This document shows positions 20,317 to 27,946 of a stretch of DNA of 47,137 nucleotides, piece after piece. The stretch's first letter is position 1. Each line of letters opens with the position of its first letter. The translations under genes and the position numbers were made by a program. The notes beneath the pieces are model-generated. The model did not search any database, was not told where the DNA came from, and saw only the letters and a list, made by a program, of their open reading frames with translations. This DNA comes from Opitutales bacterium (lineage in GTDB: Bacteria; Verrucomicrobiota; Verrucomicrobiia; Opitutales; Intestinicryptomonadaceae): positions 1 through 47,137 of the forward strand of contig JAVBSE010000053.1 in the NCBI GenBank assembly GCA_031547315.1. The letters run 5' to 3'.

Positions 20317-20486
20317 AATTTAATTCCCCTTTTAAGAATAACTTGGAAAATTGTTATCAGATTAAAGAATCACTTACAATTCTTTTTTACCAAAAAACTT
20401 ATGCCCTTGACAATTTAAAATACAAGGTTTACTAGTGGAAAAACTTACTTACAATAATATTAACAACAATACTAATCGGAGGAAAA

Positions 20487-21857
20487 ATGAAAAATTATAT
20501 ATCTAGGCGAGACTTTCTTGCCAAGAGCGCTGCTGCTGCATTTGGGCTAATGATATTGCCATCTTGGGCGGCAGGCAAAGGTACTGGTCCTAACGGGAAA
20601 TTAAACGTTGCCCTAATTGGCGTTGGGGGAAGAGGCGGCGCAGCAATTCACGACTTAGGCAATTACGACAAATGTCAATTTGTTGCGTTTTGCGATGTCG
20701 ACGAAGCAAGAGCAGGCGCTGCATACAAGCAGTTTCCTGATGTTCCAAGATTTAAGGACTATCGTGTAATGTTCGACAAAATGGGCAAAGACATAGACGC
20801 AGTTGCAATTGCAACGCCAGACCATGCCCACTTTCCTGCGGCAGCTTGGGCCCTTGCAAACGGCAAGCACGTATTTGTAGAAAAGCCCCTTTCAAGAACT
20901 ATCTGGGAAAGCAGAGAGCTTAAACGAATTTCAAAAAAGACAGGGCTTATCACCCAACTTGGCAATCAGGGCCACACTTATGATGGCTGGCGCAAGCTAA
21001 AAGAATGGTATGACGCAGGCATTCTTGGCGACATTCAAGAAATCTATCACTGGACAGACAGACCAAATGTTTTCTGGAAGCAAGGTAAGCTTAATCCGCC
21101 GGATGGATCAGAAAAAGTTCCTGCTCATTTAGATTTTAACTTGTGGCTAAATGTTGCGCCCGATATGCCTTACAGCAGAAGCGTTGCGCCATTTGCGTGG
21201 CGTGGGCTGCAAAATTTTGGCACAAGCGCACTTGGCGATATGGGCTGCCACTTTATGGACTGGGGCTACTCTGCTTTCGACCTAGGTTTGCCTTCAAAAA
21301 TTACAGGCACTTGCACAGAATTTTCTGACTACGCTTGGCCTGAAAAATCTACAGTAACCTACGAGTGGGAAAAAACAGCAAAACGCCCTGCAATCAAACT
21401 TCATTGGTTTGACTCTTACGTGAAACCACAAAACGTAAAAGGCGTAGAGCAAGACTTCATCAACAAGCACGACAACGGCAGCATTGCAGTTTGCAGCAAA
21501 GAAACTGTAACATCAGACTCTCCTTACGGCGATCACACAATGGTGCGCGGACAAGGCAGAATGCAAGAGCTTCAAAAGTCTGGCGCATTGCCAAAGCCAA
21601 CGCTTCCAAGAATTAGCGGCGGACCTCACAAAAATTGGGTAGACGCTTGCATAGCAGGCGTTAAAGCAGAGTCCGACATTGGCGAATATGGCGCAGAGTT
21701 TAATGAGCTTGTCCTTCTAGGGCTTATCACAAACTTCTTCCCAGGTGAAACTTTGGAATACGACGCAAAGAAGATGAGCTTTAAGAACAAGAAAGCTAAC
21801 GCATTCTTGGAGTCCAGATACGCATACAAAAAAGAATTTCTTCCAGGGAAAATCTAG
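20487..21857 (+). CDS. Tat-exported Gfo/Idh/MocA-family NAD(P) oxidoreductase
   Basis: SRRDFL twin-arginine signal, IGVGGRG, ATPDHAH, VEKPL, QLGNQ, and GDMGCH. GGAGGA RBS upstream. Confidence 0.92.
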   Translation: MKNYISRRDFLAKSAAAAFGLMILPSWAAGKGTGPNGKLNVALIGVGGRGGAAIHDLGNYDKCQFVAFCDVDEARAGAAYKQFPDVPRFKDYRVMFDKMGKDIDAVAIATPDHAHFPAAAWALANGKHVFVEKPLSRTIWESRELKRISKKTGLITQLGNQGHTYDGWRKLKEWYDAGILGDIQEIYHWTDRPNVFWKQGKLNPPDGSEKVPAHLDFNLWLNVAPDMPYSRSVAPFAWRGLQNFGTSALGDMGCHFMDWGYSAFDLGLPSKITGTCTEFSDYAWPEKSTVTYEWEKTAKRPAIKLHWFDSYVKPQNVKGVEQDFINKHDNGSIAVCSKETVTSDSPYGDHTMVRGQGRMQELQKSGALPKPTLPRISGGPHKNWVDACIAGVKAESDIGEYGAEFNELVLLGLITNFFPGETLEYDAKKMSFKNKKANAFLESRYAYKKEFLPGKI

Positions 21858-21885
21858 AAAATTGTAAAGCCAATTTAGACAAAAC

Positions 21886-21923
21886 AAAAGCGGAGCTTCT
21901 AATATGAGTCCCGCTTTTTTTTT
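21886..21923 (+). terminator. Rho-independent terminator after the oxidoreductase
   Basis: AAAAGCGG...CCGC followed by T9. Confidence 0.7.
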
Positions 21924-21940
21924 AAGTTCAAAATTAAAGC

Positions 21941-22041
21941 ATAAATTTACAAAGTAAATTTATGAAGAGAGAGTCTCTTGTTTTTAAACTATCGGAAACG
22001 AATTTAAGCAAAGCTAATTCGTTTCCGTATTTAGTCTAAAA
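21941..22041. other. Cluster of AT-rich hairpins with 3-nt loops
   Basis: ATAAATTTAC-AAA-GTAAATTTAT, AAGAGA-GAG-TCTCTT and CGGAAACGAATT...AATTCGTTTCCG. Confidence 0.5.
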
Positions 22042-22045
22042 CCAA

Positions 22046-22160
22046 GTGAAAGTTTGCGCAAACAGAACACACACAGTAACTGCTACTGTCTCCTGTCTGG
22101 CTGCAAGCTCAGCTTGCCTGCGGGTGCAGGGGCGCAGCCAGCCCCTGCAAAATAAACTCA
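22046..22160 (+). repeat. Multi-hairpin intergenic element, family 2
   Basis: AGTTT/AAACT outer stem, ACAGTA/TACTGT, GCAAGCT/AGCTTGC, and GGG-TGCAGGGGC...GCCCCTGCA. Architecture parallels the minus strand of 18001..18119. Confidence 0.55.
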
Positions 22161-24212
22161 CATAAAATCTTTACGCCTTCTTAGCAAAGAAGCTGAATTT
22201 AAGACAACTATTACTGATGATAAGTTGTGCAAAAGTGCGCCGCCAACAGGACCTAAAAATCCGTAGGCGCTTAAAATTATTGCGCTAAAACTTATTGCAA
22301 GTGATATAGCAAAATTGAATTTAATTTTAAGCATCATAGTTTTTGCAAGACTTAAAAGACCTGCAGTATTTTCAATTTTGTCGTTCAAAAATGCTGCGCT
22401 TGCTGTTTCGATAGCAAGGTCTGAACCAAGCGCTGCCATTGCAACAGACACATTTGCGTTTGCAAGCGACGGAGCGTCGTTTACGCCATCGCCTATCATG
22501 CAAACAGATTTTCCTTTAGCTTTAAGCTCTGTGATTTTTTCTGTTTTTTGGGCTGGCAAAAGCGGCGCAAAAAATTCGTCCAGTCCAAGTTCGTTTGCAA
22601 CACGTTTTGCAGAAAATGCGTTATCGCCGCTTAGCATTAAAGTTTTGTACTGCGCCGATTTTAAATTGCTGATGAGCTGCTTTGCATTTTCTCTGATTTC
22701 GTCAGACAAACTTAATACACCCACAAGCTTTTTGTCTATTTGCATGCAGACTAAAGTTTCGCCCAAATATAGACGCTCTTCGATAAAAGCTTTTGCAAAA
22801 CTAAAATCTACGCCAGATTTTTTTAAGCCTTCAAAAGACATTAGATTTACAAGCTTTCCATCTAAATCTGCCTCAAGCCCAAGACCTATTTGAGAGCGTA
22901 AATTAACTGCCTTGTAGCTTATATTTTTTTGTTTTGTAAAATCTAAAATAGCCTTTGCAATTGGGTGCTCTGAATGGCTTTCAACACTTGCAAGCACAGT
23001 CAAAAATTCGCTTTCAGAAATTCCGAATGTGGCAAAATTTTCTACCTTCAAACTCGCTTTAGTGAGCGTTCCTGTTTTGTCGAAAACCACAGTATCTACT
23101 CTTGAAAATTCTTCAAGCGCTTCTCCGCTTTTTATAAGCACGCCGCGCTTTGCAAGATTACCCATTGCAGCAGCTATTGCCGTGGGGGTTGCAATTGCAA
23201 ATGCACAAGGGCAAAACACTACCAAGATTGTTGCGGCCCTAACAAGCGCATCCAAACCGCCAACATTCAAAATAAATTTTGCAAATATAAATACTAAGAC
23301 CGAAAACAAAATTGCGGCGGGTACAACATAAGAAGCCCACTTAGAAGCTACTCTTGCTATGGGAGATTTTTTTCCTTCAGCCTCTGCAACCAATGAAATA
23401 AGTTTTGAAATTGCGCTGTCTTTATACTCTTTCTCAACAAGTACAGTCATAGATCCAGACTTATTCCAAGTGCCTGCAAGCACAGAATCTCCCACAGATT
23501 TTTCTACAGCAAGTGGTTCACCTGTCATGCCGGATTGGTCAACAAGTCCGCCGCCGTCTATCACTTTGCCATCAACAGAAATCATTGCATTGGGGCGTAT
23601 TAAAACTGTGTCGCCCACTTTAATTTCACTCGCATTTATTTCTATAAAATCTGCGCCAACTTTCTTTAATGCTTTTTGAGGCGCTAAATTCATAAGAGAG
23701 TGAATGCCAGCCCTTGCCTTATTTACAGTGCGCTCTTCTATAAACTCTCCAAGCGCCATCAGAAAAGCAATTTCGCCTGCTGCAAAAATAAAACTCTCAT
23801 GAGAATGTCCATCGTTTGCATTTGTAAAAAGACTTAAAAATTGTAAACCAATAGTTGCAAGCATTGCTATGCTTATAAGCAAAGATGATGTTATTTTTTT
23901 TTGATGAAACAAATTTGCGTAAGCCCCTTTAAAAATCGGAAAGCCACACAAAACCACCACTATCCAAGCAGGATCTGAAATAGGATAAAGTGGAAAATGC
24001 CAATCAAAATAGCCTATGCAAAAACTAAATATTAAAATAAACAGCGAAACAATAAGCACTGTTTTTTCTGACAAATGAAAGTGCACTTTGCCCCCGCCAC
24101 AACATCCACTTGGCGCAGATTTAACACTGCCGCAGCAAGAAGAATTCATAGGCGCATTGTGCTGATGATTCTCTGCATTTTTTTTGCAAGAACAGGATGT
24201 TTTATTTTCCAT
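22158..24212 (-). CDS. Heavy-metal translocating P1B-type ATPase
   Basis: TGE, CPC, DKTGTLT, SEHP and GDGVNDAP motifs. Cys/His-rich N-terminus. Confidence 0.95.
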   Translation of the reverse strand: MENKTSCSCKKNAENHQHNAPMNSSCCGSVKSAPSGCCGGGKVHFHLSEKTVLIVSLFILIFSFCIGYFDWHFPLYPISDPAWIVVVLCGFPIFKGAYANLFHQKKITSSLLISIAMLATIGLQFLSLFTNANDGHSHESFIFAAGEIAFLMALGEFIEERTVNKARAGIHSLMNLAPQKALKKVGADFIEINASEIKVGDTVLIRPNAMISVDGKVIDGGGLVDQSGMTGEPLAVEKSVGDSVLAGTWNKSGSMTVLVEKEYKDSAISKLISLVAEAEGKKSPIARVASKWASYVVPAAILFSVLVFIFAKFILNVGGLDALVRAATILVVFCPCAFAIATPTAIAAAMGNLAKRGVLIKSGEALEEFSRVDTVVFDKTGTLTKASLKVENFATFGISESEFLTVLASVESHSEHPIAKAILDFTKQKNISYKAVNLRSQIGLGLEADLDGKLVNLMSFEGLKKSGVDFSFAKAFIEERLYLGETLVCMQIDKKLVGVLSLSDEIRENAKQLISNLKSAQYKTLMLSGDNAFSAKRVANELGLDEFFAPLLPAQKTEKITELKAKGKSVCMIGDGVNDAPSLANANVSVAMAALGSDLAIETASAAFLNDKIENTAGLLSLAKTMMLKIKFNFAISLAISFSAIILSAYGFLGPVGGALLHNLSSVIVVLNSASLLRRRKDFM

Positions 24213-24216
24213 AAAA

Positions 24217-24504
24217 TTATTTTACTTTCTTAAGGTGCTCTAAAAGTTCGTCTACCAAAGCGTCGTTTTTGTGTATAAAAGCGTCTTTAATACAGCCCTT
24301 TAAATGGTCGCCAACAACCTTTACCCAAACGCCATGAAGCGCCCCTGAAAGCGAAGATATTTGGCTAAGAATTTCCATACAATCTCTGTCAGAATCTACC
24401 ATGTCTTGCAGGCCTCTTGCTTGCCCTTCTATGCGGCGCAGCCTTGCTATTATATTCTTTTTTTCTGCTTCGTCTCTACAGGTTTTATGTTTTTTTGTTT
24501 TCAT
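24217..24504 (-). CDS. csoR: CsoR/RcnR-family metal-sensing repressor
   Basis: RLRRIEGQ.RG...M...RDC.EIL.Q and HLKGC give the Cys-His-Cys fingerprint. Lies directly upstream of the P1B-ATPase. Confidence 0.9.
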   Translation of the reverse strand: MKTKKHKTCRDEAEKKNIIARLRRIEGQARGLQDMVDSDRDCMEILSQISSLSGALHGVWVKVVGDHLKGCIKDAFIHKNDALVDELLEHLKKVK

Positions 24505-24510
24505 ATTTTT

Positions 24511-24536
24511 ATACTATATAGGGGTATACCCTATAT
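24511..24536. promoter_or_regulatory. Putative CsoR operator
   Basis: ATAC-TATATA-GGGGTAT overlaps ATATAGGG-GTATA-CCCTATAT, a G/C-tract pseudo-palindrome typical of CsoR/RcnR sites, 7 nt upstream of csoR. Confidence 0.7.
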
Positions 24537-24578
24537 GCCTTTAAAAAAAATTCAAGCATTTTTTTTTGCTCTTATTTC

Positions 24579-25250
24579 TTACACAGTCATTGCTTCAAAT
24601 CTTGCTTTTGCATTTGCAAAATTTTTATCTTTTGAAAAATCGCAATCAGAAAATTCCAAATTTTCTTCTAAAATTTCTGCAAAGGCTTTGGCAAGGTTTG
24701 CCTCTATTTCAGAAATTTTTGCAGGGCAATTTAGTTTTATGCTGCCTTGAATTAAAGCGCCTTGCCTTGTGCGTCTTTGAGCTGCGCCCGCAATTTTTTT
24801 TAAATTGCCATCTAAAATATCGCCCTCTGAAGCATAGACAAAACACTGAGCAGGCGCAGAATTTGCGTTTTGAGATTTTTCAAGAAGCCCCCCTTTTATA
24901 TCAAACTTTAAAAGAGTTTGGCGTATTTTATCATGCAAAATTTTGTAAGAATATTTTGGGCGTATTTTAAAAAATTTGTGGCTTGCAGGAATCGCAAGCG
25001 CATAGGTGATGTCGCTTGCTTTATGAAACACAAGCCCGCCGCCTGTGGGGCGTTTGTATATTCTTGCGCCTTTTGGCAGTATTTCAGAAAAATCTACAGC
25101 TTTTTGAGACAGTCCGCAGGTGTAAGAATTTTCCGTCCAAGAATAAAATCTTAAAAACACTGCATTTTGCATAGACCCCCTTTCAAAAAAAATAGAGTCG
25201 AACGCCATATTTTCATCGGGCGACATTGATTTTTTGGCTAGCAAAAACAT
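24579..25250 (-). CDS. Lipoate-protein ligase A / octanoyltransferase-like protein
   Basis: NMAFD, LRFYSW, KRPTGGGLVFH, CF, KKIAGAAQRR and QGSI. Confidence 0.85.
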   Translation of the reverse strand: MFLLAKKSMSPDENMAFDSIFFERGSMQNAVFLRFYSWTENSYTCGLSQKAVDFSEILPKGARIYKRPTGGGLVFHKASDITYALAIPASHKFFKIRPKYSYKILHDKIRQTLLKFDIKGGLLEKSQNANSAPAQCFVYASEGDILDGNLKKIAGAAQRRTRQGALIQGSIKLNCPAKISEIEANLAKAFAEILEENLEFSDCDFSKDKNFANAKARFEAMTV

Positions 25251-25321
25251 TGACTATTTTCCATTTTCTGACTTTACTTTGTCTATAAAAAACTCAGCAC
25301 CAATACAATTTTAGATTAAGA

Positions 25322-26392
25322 ATGAATGTCAAAGCAATAATTATAACGATAATAACCTTATCGATTTGGGTCATTCCTGCCTGTGTTGGAATTGCTATAC
25401 TTTTAAGAGGCAGAGAATCTTTTGAAGACTCTTACCCTAATTCAAAACTTAAAAACATGGGGTTTTCTTTCAAATTTTATAAGATTTTTTTCAGAGTTTT
25501 GGCTCTTATTTTGTTGATATTTTCAGGTATTGTTATCTTTTATCAATTTGTTTACGAAAACCTGCCTCAGCCGGATGTTGATAAAGAATTTTGGGATTCA
25601 ATGGATAAAAACAAAGACACCAAATTCATTTTAAATACAGCTCTCTTGCTTGCCGCAATTGCAATCCCTGCCAGAATGTCTTCAACACGCTTCCCCGGCA
25701 AACCGCTTAAAAAATTGGGCGGGAAATGCGTATTAGAGCACGTTTACGCAAAATGCGTTTCTTCAAAAAATGCTCAAGAAGTTTTCATTTTAACTGACAG
25801 CCAAGAAATTGAAGACTTTGCAAAATCTATAGGCGCAAAATGCATCATGACAAGCCCCGACTGTCAAAACGGAACAGAGCGCATAGTTGAAGCCATGCCT
25901 CAGATAAATGCAGAATTTATTGTAAATGTGCAAGGCGACGAACCTTTTATTCCGCCTGCGTTAATAGATTCTTTATTTGAGATTCGCAAAAAAACAAATT
26001 GCGAACTTGCCACTGCTGCAAGCGAAATTACAGACCCAAGCGAGCTTTCAAACCCCAACAATGTAAAAGTTTTGACCAACGCTTCAGGTAAAATAATTTA
26101 TTTTAGCAGAAGCCCCCTACCTTTTGTTCGCGGAGAGTCTGACTATTCCAAATGGCTGCAGCGCCACAAATATTTAAAGCACATAGGCATTTATGGTTAT
26201 TCCAAAACTGCACTTTCAGCTTACAAAACTTTGCCTAAGTCTGAATTAGAGCTTTGCGAAAGCCTTGAACAGCTGCGCTTTATAGACGCAGGTTACACAA
26301 TGGAACTTGTGGAGACAAACTATATAGTTGTGGGTATAGACACTCCTGAAGACCTTGTGCATGCTGAAAATCTACTATCTGAAAAACAATAA
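25322..26392 (+). CDS. kdsB: 3-deoxy-manno-octulosonate cytidylyltransferase with N-terminal two-TM extension
   Basis: IPARMSSTRFPGKPL, GTERI, VNVQGDEP, YFSRSPLP, HIGIYGY, ESLEQLR and GIDTPEDL. About 110 extra in-frame N-terminal residues. Confidence 0.92.
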   Translation: MNVKAIIITIITLSIWVIPACVGIAILLRGRESFEDSYPNSKLKNMGFSFKFYKIFFRVLALILLIFSGIVIFYQFVYENLPQPDVDKEFWDSMDKNKDTKFILNTALLLAAIAIPARMSSTRFPGKPLKKLGGKCVLEHVYAKCVSSKNAQEVFILTDSQEIEDFAKSIGAKCIMTSPDCQNGTERIVEAMPQINAEFIVNVQGDEPFIPPALIDSLFEIRKKTNCELATAASEITDPSELSNPNNVKVLTNASGKIIYFSRSPLPFVRGESDYSKWLQRHKYLKHIGIYGYSKTALSAYKTLPKSELELCESLEQLRFIDAGYTMELVETNYIVVGIDTPEDLVHAENLLSEKQ

Positions 26393-27366
26393 TGGACACG
26401 CTTAAAGATTATAAAAGTTTGGCAATAAAAACGCTTGAAGCAGAATCGCTTGCAATATCTGAAGCCACAAAAAGAATTGACGAAAATTTTGCAAAAACAA
26501 TAGAAATCATTTTAAACCACAAGGGCAAAATTATGATTTGCGGCGTGGGTAAATCCGGGCTTATTGGTCAGAAAATTGCGGCCACGCTTTCTAGCACAGG
26601 CACACCGGCAGTATTCATTCACGCCGGCGAAGCCGCCCATGGCGACCTAGGTTTTTACGAGGCAGGAGACCCCACAATTTTGATTTCTAAAAGCGGCGCA
26701 ACTGCCGAATGCTTGCGAGTAATGCCTGTTTTAAAAAGTTTGAATTCAAAACTTATTGCGCTTGTAGGCAATATAGATTCGCCCATCGCACATGGTTCTG
26801 ACGCTGTTTTAGACGCAAGCGTTGCCTCTGAGGCAGACCCTCTTGGAATAGTTCCTACAAGTTCTTCAACACTTGCGCTTGCAATTGGAGACGCTATTGC
26901 CTGCGTGCTTATGTCGGCCAGAAACTTCACAAAATCTGACTTTGCCAAACTGCATCCTGCAGGGCAGCTTGGCAGAAATTTAACGCTTAAAGTTTCTGAT
27001 GTGATGCATCTTTTAAAAAATTGCGCAACTGTCAGCCCTCAAACCAATATACGCCAAACAGTAATTGCAATGACAGAAAAAGCCCTTGGCGCTGCCTGTG
27101 TTTTAGACTCTTTGGGGAATTTGGCGGGCATTGTTACAGATGGCGACATTCGCAGAATGTTGCAAAGCGATGTTTCAATTGAAAAACTTGTTGCTGCAGA
27201 TATTATGGCAAAAAATCCTGTCGTAGTCAGTGAAAATGCCGGCTTGTCAGAGGCTGTAAGGCTCATGGAAGAGCGCAAGTCTAAGCTTTCTGTTTTGCCT
27301 GTTTTAGATGAGGGCGGGCGAATCAAGGGGCTAATAAGGCTTCATGATATTTATCAATCATCATAG
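26392..27366 (+). CDS. kdsD: Arabinose-5-phosphate isomerase (KpsF/GutQ; SIS + 2 CBS)
   Basis: GVGKSG.IG.KIAATLSSTGTP, HGDLG, PTSSST, HPAGQLG and TDGDIRR. TAATG overlap with kdsB. Confidence 0.95.
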   Translation: MDTLKDYKSLAIKTLEAESLAISEATKRIDENFAKTIEIILNHKGKIMICGVGKSGLIGQKIAATLSSTGTPAVFIHAGEAAHGDLGFYEAGDPTILISKSGATAECLRVMPVLKSLNSKLIALVGNIDSPIAHGSDAVLDASVASEADPLGIVPTSSSTLALAIGDAIACVLMSARNFTKSDFAKLHPAGQLGRNLTLKVSDVMHLLKNCATVSPQTNIRQTVIAMTEKALGAACVLDSLGNLAGIVTDGDIRRMLQSDVSIEKLVAADIMAKNPVVVSENAGLSEAVRLMEERKSKLSVLPVLDEGGRIKGLIRLHDIYQSS

Positions 27367-27370
27367 TAAA

Positions 27371-27943
27371 ATGGCTAAGTCGCAAATAAAAGATTTTTTA
27401 AGCTTCACAAGCAACTTTTTTAAAAGTCCAAGATTGACAGGTTCTCTAGTGCCCAGTTCTTCGTTTTTGGGCAAGAAAATGGCTAAGGCTGCAAATATAA
27501 AGGCAAATAAAATTGTCTTGGAATTGGGGCCGGGAACAGGTCCTGTAACTGCTCAGATTTTGGCTAGCGGAATTGACTCAAAATTGCTTTATTGCATAGA
27601 GTTCGACACAAAACTTTGTGAAATTTTAGAGCGCCGTTTTCCCGAAGTAAATATTCTAAACGCAAGTGCGGAAAACATTTGCAGCCTGATTCCAGAGCAG
27701 CTTAAAGATCTTTGCGCAATAGTTTCAAGCCTTCCGCTGGTCAGCCTTCCCAAGCCTCTTACAGATAAAATTTTAAGCGAAGTAGAAAATGCCCTGCCTA
27801 AGGGAGGCAGATTTGTGCAATTTACATATAATTTTAATCGCAAACCGGAAGACTTAAACTTTAGAAAAATGCGCCACATTGGACACTCTAAAGTTATTTT
27901 GAACATCCCTCCTGCAAGGGTTGATGTTTTTGAAAAATTGTAA
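27371..27943 (+). CDS. Class I SAM methyltransferase, PmtA-like phospholipid N-methyltransferase
   Basis: P..TGS.VPSS..L, VLELGPGTG, VSSLPL, GGRFVQFTY and NIPPARV. Start placed at ATG 27371. Confidence 0.8.
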   Translation: MAKSQIKDFLSFTSNFFKSPRLTGSLVPSSSFLGKKMAKAANIKANKIVLELGPGTGPVTAQILASGIDSKLLYCIEFDTKLCEILERRFPEVNILNASAENICSLIPEQLKDLCAIVSSLPLVSLPKPLTDKILSEVENALPKGGRFVQFTYNFNRKPEDLNFRKMRHIGHSKVILNIPPARVDVFEKL

Positions 27944-27946
27944 GAA

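Noticed and set aside
20407-20435. Sigma70 promoter for the Gfo/Idh/MocA gene
   Set aside because: TTGACA is perfect but the 17-bp-spaced -10 (TACTAG) is poor, so it is not listed as a feature.
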